Shown here one piece after another: positions 62,816 to 64,000 of a DNA stretch of 64,000 bases. The translations under genes and the position numbers were made by a program. The stretch is taken from positions 27,342,001 through 27,406,000 of the forward strand of contig OX597814.1 of assembly GCA_951406725.2 (NCBI GenBank), in the 5' to 3' direction. Positions within the stretch are counted from its first letter, which is position 1, and each line of letters begins with the position of its first letter. Under the pieces are notes generated by a model. The model saw nothing but the letters and a program-made list of their open reading frames with translations. It had not been told where the DNA came from and searched no databases. Source of the stretch: Octopus vulgaris (taxonomy: Eukaryota).

Positions 62816-63191
62816 TCTTTCTCTATATAAACGGCAGTTTGTCTGTCTGCGTGTCTGTGTGTCTGTTAGGTTGTACCCTCACCCTGACCACGGCTTTCAA
62901 CCGATTCTGATGAAACTTGACATAGCCCAATGTCATAATTCAAAACTAACGCAGCGAAAATTTTGAAAAGTTCCCCCAGTTCTGAAAAAATCGATAAATT
63001 CGACATGGGGTCGAGAATCAGAAACACAAACCACAGACTGTCTAGGGGACGCAACTCGACCTTTTTAACTCTCAAAAAAATTTACCATAATTTTTTTCCC
63101 CTTTTTTTGCTATTTTTTGGCTATAACTCTCTAAAAATGCTTTATAGTTATTTCCCTTACAAACCCGAGCAACGCCGGGTGATATTGCTAG
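62816..63191 (+). mobile_element. Non-autonomous Helitron-like element
   Basis: A|TC 5' end; 3' CCCGAGCAACGCCGGG hairpin plus CTAG|T; same 3' ~65 bp as 49580-49958. Confidence 0.8.
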
Positions 63192-64000
63192 TTAGTTCAT
63201 AGATTTGCTCAATAAGAGTTGACTATGGAACTTAAATAACGAAAGCAACAGTATTTTCTATGTAATTATTCATTTCGGTCAAATGATAATGTGAAGCAAG
63301 ACTTGGTGAACGTTTAAGAAGTCACAAACCACTATAACACTTATATACATATGTAGCGAATGTGATGTTGAGGGATCAGTGTACGTTGTCAGGTGTAGCA
63401 GATGATGCTTAGACGTGTTGGACTGACATCGATGGAAAACAATGTAGTTTATTTGGTCACAGTTGCATTCACTGTGTTGGATACCGGAAACAAATATGCC
63501 GCTACATAATGTAGCCAACTACTTCGAGTCGGCGAAGTAAAAACGGAGGAAAGAGAACGTTGATGGGACGAGATAGTACAAAGATTATATTGTCTGTGTA
63601 TTACTCCGCTATCAGTGCTCACCATTTCGATCACTGACTGTCCGTGTCGCCTACAGAACTCTTATTTATAACGGCTCATTCTAGCTAGAAGGATGGATAT
63701 ACCATTATAAAAGTGGCTTGTACTTAATTAAGTCATTTGCTGTCCATCTGAACTTTCTGTGACAACAGCCGGGTCGGAGGTCGAGTGGAAACTTTGAAAG
63801 TTTGCACGGTATAACTGGGAAGAAATATATGAGTTGTGCTCGGTCGTTTAACCATTTAAGTATGTACCATAAAGTTGACTCGATGCGAGATGTCTTGCGG
63901 TTACAAAATACAAAATACGACGACAAAACCGTGTTCAAAGGAACTGAATTTTTCAAGAACAGGAATTAAGTTTTTCAATGAAAAATTGAACCCAATAATG

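Overview
AT-rich, repeat-dense eukaryotic DNA. The tRNA-derived SINE families and heavy (TA)n/(CA)n load point to an octopus (coleoid cephalopod) genome; this is inferred from repeat recognition, not a database search. No complete protein-coding gene is supportable, and almost all ORF-track entries are microsatellite or SINE translations. The only recognisable protein remnants are LINE ORF2 C-termini (CR1/L2-like, RTE-like) and a Tc1/mariner transposase fragment. The window looks like the 5' intronic and upstream region of a minus-strand gene: candidate promoter/first exon at ~43.15-43.35 kb, weaker candidate exons at ~27.2-27.6 kb and ~3.0-3.3 kb. It holds several tRNA-SINE families, MITEs with TTAA, TA or 8-bp target duplications, and two Helitron-like elements. 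Five signals stand out. (1) Nine type I hammerhead-ribozyme-like motifs from about six unrelated Penelope/retrozyme-like short elements, including one fused behind a Pol III tRNA-like head, three with a non-canonical core, and an inverted pair. (2) A SINE that repeatedly forms head-to-tail multimers with one fixed self-complementary junction (GAAATA-GG-TATTTC) at independent loci, plus a circularly permuted fragment, hinting at a circular or template-jumping RNA intermediate. (3) GG-terminated foldback elements with 8-bp TSDs that carry (TTAGGG)n. (4) A perfect 111-bp-arm palindrome. (5) Apparent alternating CpG-poor and CpG-retaining domains.
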